64,000 nucleotides of DNA, taken from NCBI GenBank assembly GCA_009777415.1, contig WRLX01000002.1:231-64230 (forward strand), in the 5' to 3' direction. The notes under the pieces were generated by a model. That model did not search any database and was not told where the DNA came from. It worked only from the letters and a program-made list of their open reading frames with translations. Source of the stretch: Oscillospiraceae bacterium (GTDB lineage: Bacteria; Bacillota; Clostridia; Oscillospirales; Ruminococcaceae). Positions 55,551 through 64,000 of this stretch are shown here, one piece after another (within the stretch, counting starts at the first letter, position 1; the number at the start of each line of letters is the position of its first letter). Position numbers and translations under genes: made by a program.

Positions 55551-56630
55551 ATGTCTGTGTTGATAGCTATTGTGGTATTGTGCGTAATAATCCTTGTGCA
55601 TGAATTGGGGCATTTCGGGGCGGCAAAGCTCTTTAAGATGAATGTCCCGCAGTTTAACTTAGGAATGGGACCGCTTTTATTAAAAAAGAATTACAAAGGA
55701 ACACAATACGGGCTGAGACTGTTTCCAATCGGTGGCTCGGTCTTGCTTGGCGAGGACGATACCGAAGAGAGCGACGACCCCAATGACTTTCGCAATAAAC
55801 CTGTTTGGCAAAGGATAATAGTAATCGGCGCGGGTGCGTTCCTTAATTTGGTGCTGGGGCTGATTTTATGTATAATTATTTACTCGGTTGAACCAATTCC
55901 CACTACTGTTGTGTCGGCATTCGGGGAGGAAGCGGTCAGCAATACGGGTACAAGTGCATTGAGGGTGGGCGACCGCATTGTTAAAGTCAACGGCATGAAC
56001 ATTGTTTCGGCATCGGAGATATTCTACAGGATGGATAACTCTTTGGCAAAAGAAGGTGCAAGCGGCAATTTCGCCGTATATGAATTTGTTGTAATCCGGA
56101 ACAAAGAAAGGGTGTTATTGCCCGAGGTAAAATTTGCGGCATCGCCCAACCCGTCCGACAGAGGGGGGATGGTCTACACGCGGGACTTTTGGATTGAACC
56201 CGCCGAAAAGACTTTCCTTAATGTTTTAAACTACTCGGCGCGAAACGCAATCGGTATGGGCAGGATTATTTGGCTTTCGCTCATTGATATAATTATGGGG
56301 ACTTACGGGCTTAACGAAATATCCGGCCCGGTCGGGATTGCGGGGGTTGTCGGCGATTTAACTGCACAGGCGGTAAATATTAAGGAAGCGGTTATGACAG
56401 TTGTGTCACTGTCCGCGCTTATTACGATTAATTTGGGAATGGTAAACCTCTTGCCGATTCCCGCGCTTGACGGGGCGAGGATTTTGTTCTTGAGTGCGGA
56501 GGGGATTCGCCGAAAACCCGTAAATCCCGCCGTTGAGGGAATGATTCACTTTGTAGGGTTCGCGCTTTTAATGCTGTTAATCCTTGTTGTGACCTTTAAT
56601 GATGTAAGGAAGATGATTGTCGGTGGATAA
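55551..56630 (+). CDS. rseP: RIP metalloprotease RseP (M50)
   Basis: HELGH, GPVGI, NLLPIPALDG. Confidence 0.93.
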   Translation: MSVLIAIVVLCVIILVHELGHFGAAKLFKMNVPQFNLGMGPLLLKKNYKGTQYGLRLFPIGGSVLLGEDDTEESDDPNDFRNKPVWQRIIVIGAGAFLNLVLGLILCIIIYSVEPIPTTVVSAFGEEAVSNTGTSALRVGDRIVKVNGMNIVSASEIFYRMDNSLAKEGASGNFAVYEFVVIRNKERVLLPEVKFAASPNPSDRGGMVYTRDFWIEPAEKTFLNVLNYSARNAIGMGRIIWLSLIDIIMGTYGLNEISGPVGIAGVVGDLTAQAVNIKEAVMTVVSLSALITINLGMVNLLPIPALDGARILFLSAEGIRRKPVNPAVEGMIHFVGFALLMLLILVVTFNDVRKMIVGG

Positions 56631-57642
56631 ACGTATTGTTAAAGTCGGGGATTTGAATTTCGGCGGCGGCGAGATTTTTGTGCAATCCATGCTGAGTCTC
56701 CCCGTTGATGACATTGAGGGCAATGTATTACAGGCGGTGAGATTAGCCGAGGCGGGATGTGACGTAATAAGGCTCGCAATCCCTACGATAGCCGATGTGC
56801 GGTTGCTCCCCGCATTAAAACAAGCTGTACAAGCTCCGATAGTCGCCGATATACATTTTGACTACAAAATCGCGGTAGAATCGGTTATAGCAGGTGCGGA
56901 CAAAATTCGGATTAATCCGGGGAATATCGGCGATGCCGACCGTGTAAAGGCGGTTGTCACCGCTTGCAAAAACGCGGGAATCCCTATCAGAGTCGGCGTT
57001 AATTCGGGTTCGCTGAAAGGCGGAAGTATTGCTGAATCGGCGATTGAAAATGTCAGACTTCTTGAGAGGTTTGATTTTAATGATATAGTCGTATCGGTTA
57101 AATCATCGAGCGTTACCGCGACAATTGCGGCTTACCGTGAATTATTCGGGCGTATTCCTTACCCGTTGCACTTGGGAGTTACCGAAGCGGGTACGTATAA
57201 AAAAGGTGTAATTAAATCGGCAATCGGGATAGGCGCGCTTTTATGCGACGGAATAGGTGACACTATCAGAGTTTCGCTGAGTGCCGACCCTGTATTTGAG
57301 GTTGAGACGGCGATTGATATATTAAAAGCAGTGGGCAAGCGCAAAGGAGTAGAGATTATCTCCTGCCCCACCTGCGGCAGATGTAAAATAGATGTAGTTT
57401 CGTTAGCCGAGAAAGCGGAACAGATTGTTCAAGGCATAGACAAGCCGCTTAAAATTGCCGTAATGGGCTGTGCAGTAAACGGCCCGGGTGAATGTAAGGA
57501 TGCTGATTTCGGAATTACCGGCGGCGACGGAGTTGGACTGATATTTAAAAAAGGCGCAATAGTACGCAAGGTTGAGGAATCCGGGTTATTGCTTGAATTG
57601 ATGGAAATTTTAGAAGAGGAAAGGGCAAGGGTAAAAGAATGA
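56617..57642 (+). CDS. ispG: HMBPP synthase
   Basis: VADIHF, RINPGN, HLGVTEAG, GDTIRVSL, SCPTCGR, MGCAVNGPGE. Confidence 0.96.
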   Translation: MSVDKRIVKVGDLNFGGGEIFVQSMLSLPVDDIEGNVLQAVRLAEAGCDVIRLAIPTIADVRLLPALKQAVQAPIVADIHFDYKIAVESVIAGADKIRINPGNIGDADRVKAVVTACKNAGIPIRVGVNSGSLKGGSIAESAIENVRLLERFDFNDIVVSVKSSSVTATIAAYRELFGRIPYPLHLGVTEAGTYKKGVIKSAIGIGALLCDGIGDTIRVSLSADPVFEVETAIDILKAVGKRKGVEIISCPTCGRCKIDVVSLAEKAEQIVQGIDKPLKIAVMGCAVNGPGECKDADFGITGGDGVGLIFKKGAIVRKVEESGLLLELMEILEEERARVKE

Positions 57643-57720
57643 GATTAATTCGAAGTGAATGGGAAAACGAGTTTTTATGGCACGTTTGTGCAGAAAGGGC
57701 AAGGGTAAAAGAATGAGATT
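57619..57720 (+). repeat. Family A unit with a 28-bp direct repeat that includes the polC ATG (period 74)
   Basis: GAAAGGGCAAGGGTAAAAGAATGAGATT at 57619 and 57693. Confidence 0.93.
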
Positions 57721-60700
57721 AAGTCACTTTTTTGAGAGAGTTTCGCCGCAAATCGGCGATTGCGAACTGTCATCGGTGCTTTTTGATAAAAGGAAAGGTG
57801 TATTAACACTTTATGTAAAAGCGGAAGACAAAATAGACTTTTCACAGCTTACACTTGCGGAAAACACGATTAAGTTTTTCCTCGGCATTTCCGATGTGCG
57901 GATAATTCATGAGCAAAATCAAAGTCAAGAGCAAGCGGGATCGAGTAGTATACCGGGCAAAAGACCTGCCGAGAATGTAGTGGTAATCACCGAGAAAGCT
58001 CCGCCGCCGAAATCCGAACCCGTTTCGGGTGAATCGACTGCGGCAATAGACGGGAATATATTGCTCGGCAAAAAAATCACAATCGCGCCGATTCCGATGG
58101 AAAATCTCGCCGCACAGTCGGAGGTGGTTGTATCGGGAGAAGTATTCGGGAAAGACAGCCGTGTACTTAAAAACGGCAAAACGCTTACAATAATCAGCTT
58201 TACCGATAAGACTTCGTCTGCAATGATGAAATTCTTTACCGATTCAAAAAAGAAAACAGAAGCCGAAAAGATTATTAAATCGGGAATGACGCTGTTAGTG
58301 CATGGCAAATATGTTTTTGATGACTTTGAAAAAACAAGCATAATTGAACCTGTTTCAATTATGCAGGTTGAACCTGAGCTGAAAACCGATGATTATGACG
58401 GCGAAAAGCGCATTGAACTTCACCTGCACACCAAAATGTCGGATATGGATGCGACAAATACCGCCGCCGAATATGTCAAGCGCGCCTATAAATGGGGACA
58501 TAAGGCAGTCGCGATTACCGACCACGGTAATGTTCAGGCGTATCCGGAGGCGATGTATACATACGAGGGGATTATGAAATCCGAACCCGATGCTGACTTT
58601 AAAGTTATTTACGGGATGGAAGCCTATTTTGTCAACGACGGCAAGCCGCTTATTTCAGAGGGGGGGAGATTCCCTTTTTCGGGCGAGTTTATTGTGTTTG
58701 ATGTTGAAACAACGGGTTTAAGCCCGGGCGATTGCAGAATAACCGAGATAGGCGCGGTAAAACTGCGAGACATGGAGATAGTTGAGGAATTTTCAACTTT
58801 TGTCAACCCCGATGTGCCAATCCCGGATGAGGTCATCAAAATCAACGGGATTACCAATGATATGGTAAAAGACGCGCCTTATGAGAAGGAAGCTTTTGAA
58901 AAGTTGATTGAGTTTTGCGGCGGGACAAGCGATGCCGCGCTTATCGCACATAATGCGGGATTTGATACCGGATTCCTGCGTTCCGGGTTCGCGCGTTGCG
59001 GCTTGGATTACAACTTCGCCGCAATTGACACTCTCGCGTTGAGCCGCGCCGCTACCCCCGATTTAAAAAAGCACAGCCTTGACAGCATGGTAAATCACTA
59101 CAAACTCGGCAGTTTTAATCATCATCGCGCTCTTGACGATGCAAGAGTAACCGCGCTTTTGTTTAAAAGAATCGTTTCCGATGCGGCTAAAGGCAGGGTA
59201 TTGGGTAGAGTAGCCGACTTAAATACGGTATTCGGCGGGATTGATGTCAAAAAAGATAAGTATTATCACTTGATTATTTTAGTCAAGAATAAGACAGGTC
59301 TTAAAAACTTGTACAAGCTTATATCATATTCAAACCTGTACTATTTTCACTCTAAGCCGCGTATTCCGCTTTCGGAGCTTGTCAAACACAGGGAAGGGCT
59401 GCTCATCGGCTCGGCGTGTGAGCAGGGGGAATTGTACCAAGCGGCTTTGGTGGGGAGGTCTAAGCAAGATTTAGCCGAAATTGCCGCCCTTTATGACTTT
59501 TTGGAGATTCAGCCGACGGGGAACAACGCATTCTTAGTGAGAAACGGGGAAATCGATTCCGAGTTTAAATTGCAATTGTTAAATAAAAAAATCTATGATT
59601 TGGGCAAGGAATTGGACAAGCCCGTAGTCGCAACAGGCGATGTGCATTTTATGAATGCGGACGATTCTGTTTTCCGTGAGATTCTTCAAACGGGTCAGGG
59701 TTATAAGGATGCGGATAATCAGGCACCGCTGTTTTTCAGGACGACTGCCGAAATGCTTTCCGAGTTTGACTACTTGGGCGAAGACGGCGCGAGAGAGGTC
59801 GTAATCGACAATCCGCATAAGGTCGCCGCGATGATTTGCCACGAGGAAATCAGACCAATCCCCAAAGGCGAATACCGCCCTTACATTGAGGGTGCTGAGG
59901 AAGAGTTGGTGAGCCTTTGCCGTAACCGCGCAAACGCACTCTATCAAAGTGAGGGGCAACCGCTGAACAATCTTATCTCGGCACGAATGAAAAGGGAATT
60001 GGACTCAATTATTAAGCATAAGTTTTCGGTGCTTTATATAATTGCGCATAAATTAGTCAAAAAGTCGGAGGAGGACGGCTATTTGGTTGGCTCAAGAGGT
60101 TCGGTAGGTTCTTCATTTGCGGCATTTCTGTCGGGAATTTCCGAGGTTAATCCTCTTCCGCCGCATTACCGTTGCCCCAAATGCAGATACACCGAGTTTC
60201 CCGGTTTGCCTGAAATAGGCTCGGGATTTGATTTGCCCGAAAAACAATGCCCTCAATGCGGCGAAATGTTGGCGCGGGACGGGCATGACATCCCGTTTGA
60301 GACTTTCTTGGGATTTGACGGGGATAAGGCCCCCGATATTGATTTGAATTTCAGCGGGGAGTATCAAGCGCAGGCGCATAAATACACCGAGGAACTTTTC
60401 GGCAAGGACAATGTATTCAAGGCGGGGACTATTTCAGCAATTCAAGATAAGACGGCGTTCGGGTTCGTCAAGAAATTCCTTGAGGGACGCGGAGTGACCC
60501 CAAATAAAGCCGAGATTAACCGTCTTGTTGCGGGTTGTGTAGGTGTAAAAAAGACCACGTCACAGCATCCGGGGGGAATGTTGGTAGTCCCTGTCGGTCA
60601 TGAAGTTTATGATTTTACGCCTATTCAGCACCCCGCAGAAAAAACCGAGGGCAATATAATCACAACGCACTTTGACTATCGCGCGCTTCATGATACTATT

Positions 60701-61765
60701 ACAAAGCTTGACGAGTTGGGGCATGACGTTCCCACCCTGTACAAGCATTTGGGCGATATGACGGGGATTAAGATTGCCGATGTCCCTACCTCGGATGAAA
60801 AGGTAATGAAGCTGTTCACAAGCGCAAAGCCTTTGGGTTTATCCGAGGAATCCCCCCTGTTTCCGACAGGCACATACGGATTGCCCGAAATGGGGACTCC
60901 GTTTGTTATACAAATGCTTAAAGAAGCCAAGCCCAAGACATTCGCCGATTTATTACAAATATCGGGGCTTTCGCACGGAACTGACGTTTGGATAGGCAAT
61001 GCGCGGGACTTAATCGCATCGGGGCAGTGTACCATCTCCGAAGTTATCGGGACTCGCGATAATATCATGGTTTATTTAATGCAAAAAGGGATGCAACCCT
61101 CTTTGGCGTTTAAAATCACCGAGATTACCCGTAAGGGCGGAGCGGCAAAGGCCTTTAACGACGACATTTATGCGGCATTTAAAGAACACGATGTTCCCGA
61201 CTGGTATGTCGAGGCTTGTAAAAAAATCAAGTATATGTTCCCGAAAGCACACGCCGCCGCTTATGTAATGGGGGCGGTCAAGCTCGGTTGGTTCAAGGTC
61301 TACCGCCCTAAGGAGTTTTACTCCGCGGCTCTCATGCGGCACACCGAGAATATAGACGCGCCTGTTGTAATTAAAGGCAAGGAAGCGGTAAAAAAACGCT
61401 TGCTCGGGATTGAGTCATCGCCCGAAAAAACGCCTAAGGAAAGTGCCACCTATGACGCGCTGTTAATGGTTTATGAAATGCAGTTGCGCGGGATAAACCT
61501 GCTCCCCGCGTACTACAAGACTTCGCACCCCACACGTTATATTATTGAAGGTGACGGACTGCGCTTGCCTTATTCGGCTATTGACGGCTGCGGCGAGAAT
61601 GCGGCGAGGCGGCTGTACGAAGTCATTCAAAGCGGCGATTTTATCTGCATTGACGACATCGGCTCAAAATCGGGTCTTAATAAAACAGTTTTGGAAAAAC
61701 TTGTCCAAACAGAATTTTTCGGAGATTTACCCCAATCTGCGCAAATATCCTTGTTTGAACTTTGA
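57713..61765 (+). CDS. polC: DNA polymerase III PolC-type
   Basis: ELHLHTKMS PHP domain, DVETTG exonuclease, SRGSVGSS, PDIDLNFSGE, YMFPKAHA. Confidence 0.97.
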   Translation: MRLSHFFERVSPQIGDCELSSVLFDKRKGVLTLYVKAEDKIDFSQLTLAENTIKFFLGISDVRIIHEQNQSQEQAGSSSIPGKRPAENVVVITEKAPPPKSEPVSGESTAAIDGNILLGKKITIAPIPMENLAAQSEVVVSGEVFGKDSRVLKNGKTLTIISFTDKTSSAMMKFFTDSKKKTEAEKIIKSGMTLLVHGKYVFDDFEKTSIIEPVSIMQVEPELKTDDYDGEKRIELHLHTKMSDMDATNTAAEYVKRAYKWGHKAVAITDHGNVQAYPEAMYTYEGIMKSEPDADFKVIYGMEAYFVNDGKPLISEGGRFPFSGEFIVFDVETTGLSPGDCRITEIGAVKLRDMEIVEEFSTFVNPDVPIPDEVIKINGITNDMVKDAPYEKEAFEKLIEFCGGTSDAALIAHNAGFDTGFLRSGFARCGLDYNFAAIDTLALSRAATPDLKKHSLDSMVNHYKLGSFNHHRALDDARVTALLFKRIVSDAAKGRVLGRVADLNTVFGGIDVKKDKYYHLIILVKNKTGLKNLYKLISYSNLYYFHSKPRIPLSELVKHREGLLIGSACEQGELYQAALVGRSKQDLAEIAALYDFLEIQPTGNNAFLVRNGEIDSEFKLQLLNKKIYDLGKELDKPVVATGDVHFMNADDSVFREILQTGQGYKDADNQAPLFFRTTAEMLSEFDYLGEDGAREVVIDNPHKVAAMICHEEIRPIPKGEYRPYIEGAEEELVSLCRNRANALYQSEGQPLNNLISARMKRELDSIIKHKFSVLYIIAHKLVKKSEEDGYLVGSRGSVGSSFAAFLSGISEVNPLPPHYRCPKCRYTEFPGLPEIGSGFDLPEKQCPQCGEMLARDGHDIPFETFLGFDGDKAPDIDLNFSGEYQAQAHKYTEELFGKDNVFKAGTISAIQDKTAFGFVKKFLEGRGVTPNKAEINRLVAGCVGVKKTTSQHPGGMLVVPVGHEVYDFTPIQHPAEKTEGNIITTHFDYRALHDTITKLDELGHDVPTLYKHLGDMTGIKIADVPTSDEKVMKLFTSAKPLGLSEESPLFPTGTYGLPEMGTPFVIQMLKEAKPKTFADLLQISGLSHGTDVWIGNARDLIASGQCTISEVIGTRDNIMVYLMQKGMQPSLAFKITEITRKGGAAKAFNDDIYAAFKEHDVPDWYVEACKKIKYMFPKAHAAAYVMGAVKLGWFKVYRPKEFYSAALMRHTENIDAPVVIKGKEAVKKRLLGIESSPEKTPKESATYDALLMVYEMQLRGINLLPAYYKTSHPTRYIIEGDGLRLPYSAIDGCGENAARRLYEVIQSGDFICIDDIGSKSGLNKTVLEKLVQTEFFGDLPQSAQISLFEL

Positions 61766-61849
61766 GAAATATCAAAAAAATACCAAAGGTGGGAAATTAA
61801 ATTTTTAAAAAGAGTTTACTTTTGTGAAAATATATGATATATTAATATA

Positions 61850-63061
61850 ATGAGGTTAGCGGAATGGGTTTTTGAACCACATGAGGAAAATGAGAGTCTT
61901 GATATTTTTTTGCAAATAGTCCGCCTTTTACACGATTTGGGGAAAGGGGCGGGGACTGTTTCACCTGCGTTTTACGAGATTGACGATGACAACGATGTGA
62001 CTTTTGTTGACTCAAAGTCATTCGGGGAGTTTGAGTCGCCAGAGGATTACTCCGCGCCGGAAAGCGCGAACAAGAATGTGGGAGGCAATGGCGAAAAGCG
62101 AGATGTATTTTCGCTCGGCATACTGTTGCACTTTATTCTTTACCAAAAACTCTGCCCGATTGACAGGAATGTTGCTTTTACAGGTAAGTCTTTCTTAAAA
62201 TCCCGCAAAAAAGTTATCGAAACCTCGGCAATTAAAGCAGACGACTCAAAACAGGCATCGCTGTTAATGGAGCGTATGAGCTCTTATAATCCCGAATCTC
62301 GGCCAACATTAAAGGAAATTTTGGCAGTTTTGCAGTCAAATATGTGCAGATTTGGGATTGTCCGCGAAAATGTCCTGTCTAAGGAGCGGTACACCGAAAT
62401 AATCCGCTGTTTTTCCGAGAGAGATTCTTACAGATATACTCCCGAAAAAGAATATACCGTTGACTTGGTGACAATCGCGCCGCTTTCGTGCGAACCGTTG
62501 TTAATCCCGTTTAGGTTGGTCAAAAAGCAATATATACTCCCGGTGGCATACGGCAGTGAGGGGCGTTGGCACTGTGCCGAAAAAAAATCCGACGCACCCG
62601 ATTTCGAGGATTTTGCAAGCCCGGCAAACCATGAGAGTGCTTCCGATTTAGCGGGAGTCCATAAAGCGACTGCGGCATTGTACTTTTGCGACGCGGTTTA
62701 CGGGATTGAAGGGCATACTCTTTTTTGCGAGACTGACGGATATGCCTATCAAATGGGGCTTTATGTGCATAGCTACGGCAACGAGAGCAAAGTGATAAGC
62801 ATTTTTAAAGGGGGGGAGGTAGTCGTCCCCGAAAGGCTTGAAGCGCGAATCCTTTCGATATTGAGGGCGGGTTCCAAGGCTGTGTATGACTTGTTTTGCT
62901 TTGTATTATACGGCAAAAGCAATCCCGCCGTTATTAAGACAATCAATGACCTGTTCCCTGAGGCAGTACGCATTTATCATTTAGACGACAATGATATACT
63001 AAAAGGCGCGTCACTGTATTTGAACAGCCAAGGCAATAAAAAGAATCCGCTTTATAAATAA
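61850..63061 (+). CDS. Hypothetical protein with a degenerate protein-kinase C-lobe
   Basis: YSAPE...DVFSLGILL...RPT subdomains VIII-XI present; no GxGxxG, VAIK, HRD or DFG. Confidence 0.55.
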   Translation: MRLAEWVFEPHEENESLDIFLQIVRLLHDLGKGAGTVSPAFYEIDDDNDVTFVDSKSFGEFESPEDYSAPESANKNVGGNGEKRDVFSLGILLHFILYQKLCPIDRNVAFTGKSFLKSRKKVIETSAIKADDSKQASLLMERMSSYNPESRPTLKEILAVLQSNMCRFGIVRENVLSKERYTEIIRCFSERDSYRYTPEKEYTVDLVTIAPLSCEPLLIPFRLVKKQYILPVAYGSEGRWHCAEKKSDAPDFEDFASPANHESASDLAGVHKATAALYFCDAVYGIEGHTLFCETDGYAYQMGLYVHSYGNESKVISIFKGGEVVVPERLEARILSILRAGSKAVYDLFCFVLYGKSNPAVIKTINDLFPEAVRIYHLDDNDILKGASLYLNSQGNKKNPLYK

Positions 63062-63065
63062 TTAT

Positions 63066-63238
63066 CAGAAAGGGCAAGGAACAAACTTTGAGAATAAATC
63101 TAACAAATGCGGAAAACGAGGCTTTTAAAGTTACGTTTGTGCAGAAAGGGCAAGGAACAAACTTTGAGAATAAATCTAATAAATGCGGGAAACGAGGCTT
63201 TTAAAGTTACGTTTGTGCAGAAAGGGCAAGGGTAAAAG
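63066..63238 (+). repeat. Family A array (2 cores, 3 boxes, period 76)
   Basis: CAGAAAGGGCAAGG at 63066, 63142, 63218. Confidence 0.95.
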
Positions 63239-64000
63239 ATGAAGTATGATGTTTTTATGAGAACCTGTACCCATGACGGCGATTATGACTGGGTAAACCG
63301 ACCGGATTATATGCCGGAAAATTTACACGAGGCTTTCGGCAGTGTACTTGCGCTGTGCGAAAATCCGGCATTTGATGAGCTGAGTTGGGATGACTGGGGT
63401 TCTAATTTCTTTTATGCGAGAACCGACAGGTGTTGTTTTTTGGCGAGAATTGTCAAAACAAAATACATCGGCTCAAATAACCAAAGCATAATTTCGTTTG
63501 AGGGAATATCGGTCAAGGCGCAAAACGAAAACTATTTGTTTTACAACATCCCGAGCTTGATTAACGACCTGCTTCCCCCCGCGAAAAGTTTTCGCGCCAC
63601 GTTTGAGGAGGAAGGGTTTGTGTCGGAGGTTTTTGAGGCTGACCCGCTTTTGAACCCGTTTGACGGCTACAGGATTCCCGCCGAGGTTCACCCTGCGGTG
63701 ATGAATAATGCCGCCTACCGCAATCTTCTTAAATTTACAGCTTTTACCGAAAAGCCGACAGGGTTTATTTTCGGGAAAAATGCGAAAGCCTTTTCCGATT
63801 ATTTGGATATTGATAAATTGGGGATGAGTTATGTTTTCGATTTCCAAAACCCGGATTCGCCCGATGTAAACGAGAATGCGTTTTATGATAATTATACGCC
63901 GCTTGTCTGCGAATACAAAAAGCCTGTTCCGACCGGCTCTGATAAAGTCACTATTTGTCTTTTTGTACAGGAAACAAAAAATAACCACCATAAGTACAGA
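63239..64000 (+). CDS. Hypothetical protein, runs off the window end (not in ORF track)
   Basis: ATG directly after the repeat box; open frame MKYDVFMRTCTHDGDYDWVNRPDYMPE... to the end of the window. Confidence 0.75.
   Translation, partial: MKYDVFMRTCTHDGDYDWVNRPDYMPENLHEAFGSVLALCENPAFDELSWDDWGSNFFYARTDRCCFLARIVKTKYIGSNNQSIISFEGISVKAQNENYLFYNIPSLINDLLPPAKSFRATFEEEGFVSEVFEADPLLNPFDGYRIPAEVHPAVMNNAAYRNLLKFTAFTEKPTGFIFGKNAKAFSDYLDIDKLGMSYVFDFQNPDSPDVNENAFYDNYTPLVCEYKKPVPTGSDKVTICLFVQETKNNHHKYR

Noticed and set aside
63473-63991. 172-aa minus-strand ORF
   Set aside because: Antisense to the open plus-strand frame starting at 63239, which has an SD box and fits the operon direction.

Overview
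Window from a Bacillota/Clostridia chromosome (Oscillospiraceae/Ruminococcaceae-like by gene content; inference). 1-17124 is the S10-spc-alpha ribosomal protein superoperon, with pyrE unusually inserted between rpsK and rpsD. It is followed by a ferredoxin, three tRNAs, a MurL-like gene, ldhA, TPP riboswitch-thiT, lipoproteins, pgm, recA-rimO-pgsA, a GS[YF]-repeat peptide plus DUF6734-like gene, a degenerate CCA-adding paralog, a 2-oxoacid:ferredoxin oxidoreductase operon, a 1.7-kaa double-GH5 dockerin-bearing enzyme, XRE-cupin/acyl-CoA synthetase, a VTC-DUF4956-DUF4353 operon, DUF4914, xerC, uppS-cdsA-dxr-rseP-ispG-polC and the start of a pseudokinase-led accessory operon. The most striking signal is non-coding: a ~74-78 bp structured repeat occurs at about 21 intergenic loci. 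It is always co-oriented with the downstream gene and ends a few nt before its start codon. It consists of a ~20 bp Shine-Dalgarno-bearing box (CAGAAAGGGCAAGGGTAAAA) and a ~56 bp hairpin core, often arranged as n cores between n+1 boxes (1-4 tandem copies), with locus-specific sequence variants and compensatory stem changes. Also seen: a related second repeat family, two TTA-flanked MITEs, a candidate anti-SD sRNA, a stand-alone NPXTG micro-ORF and several leaderless genes. All calls come from reading the sequence; no searches were run.
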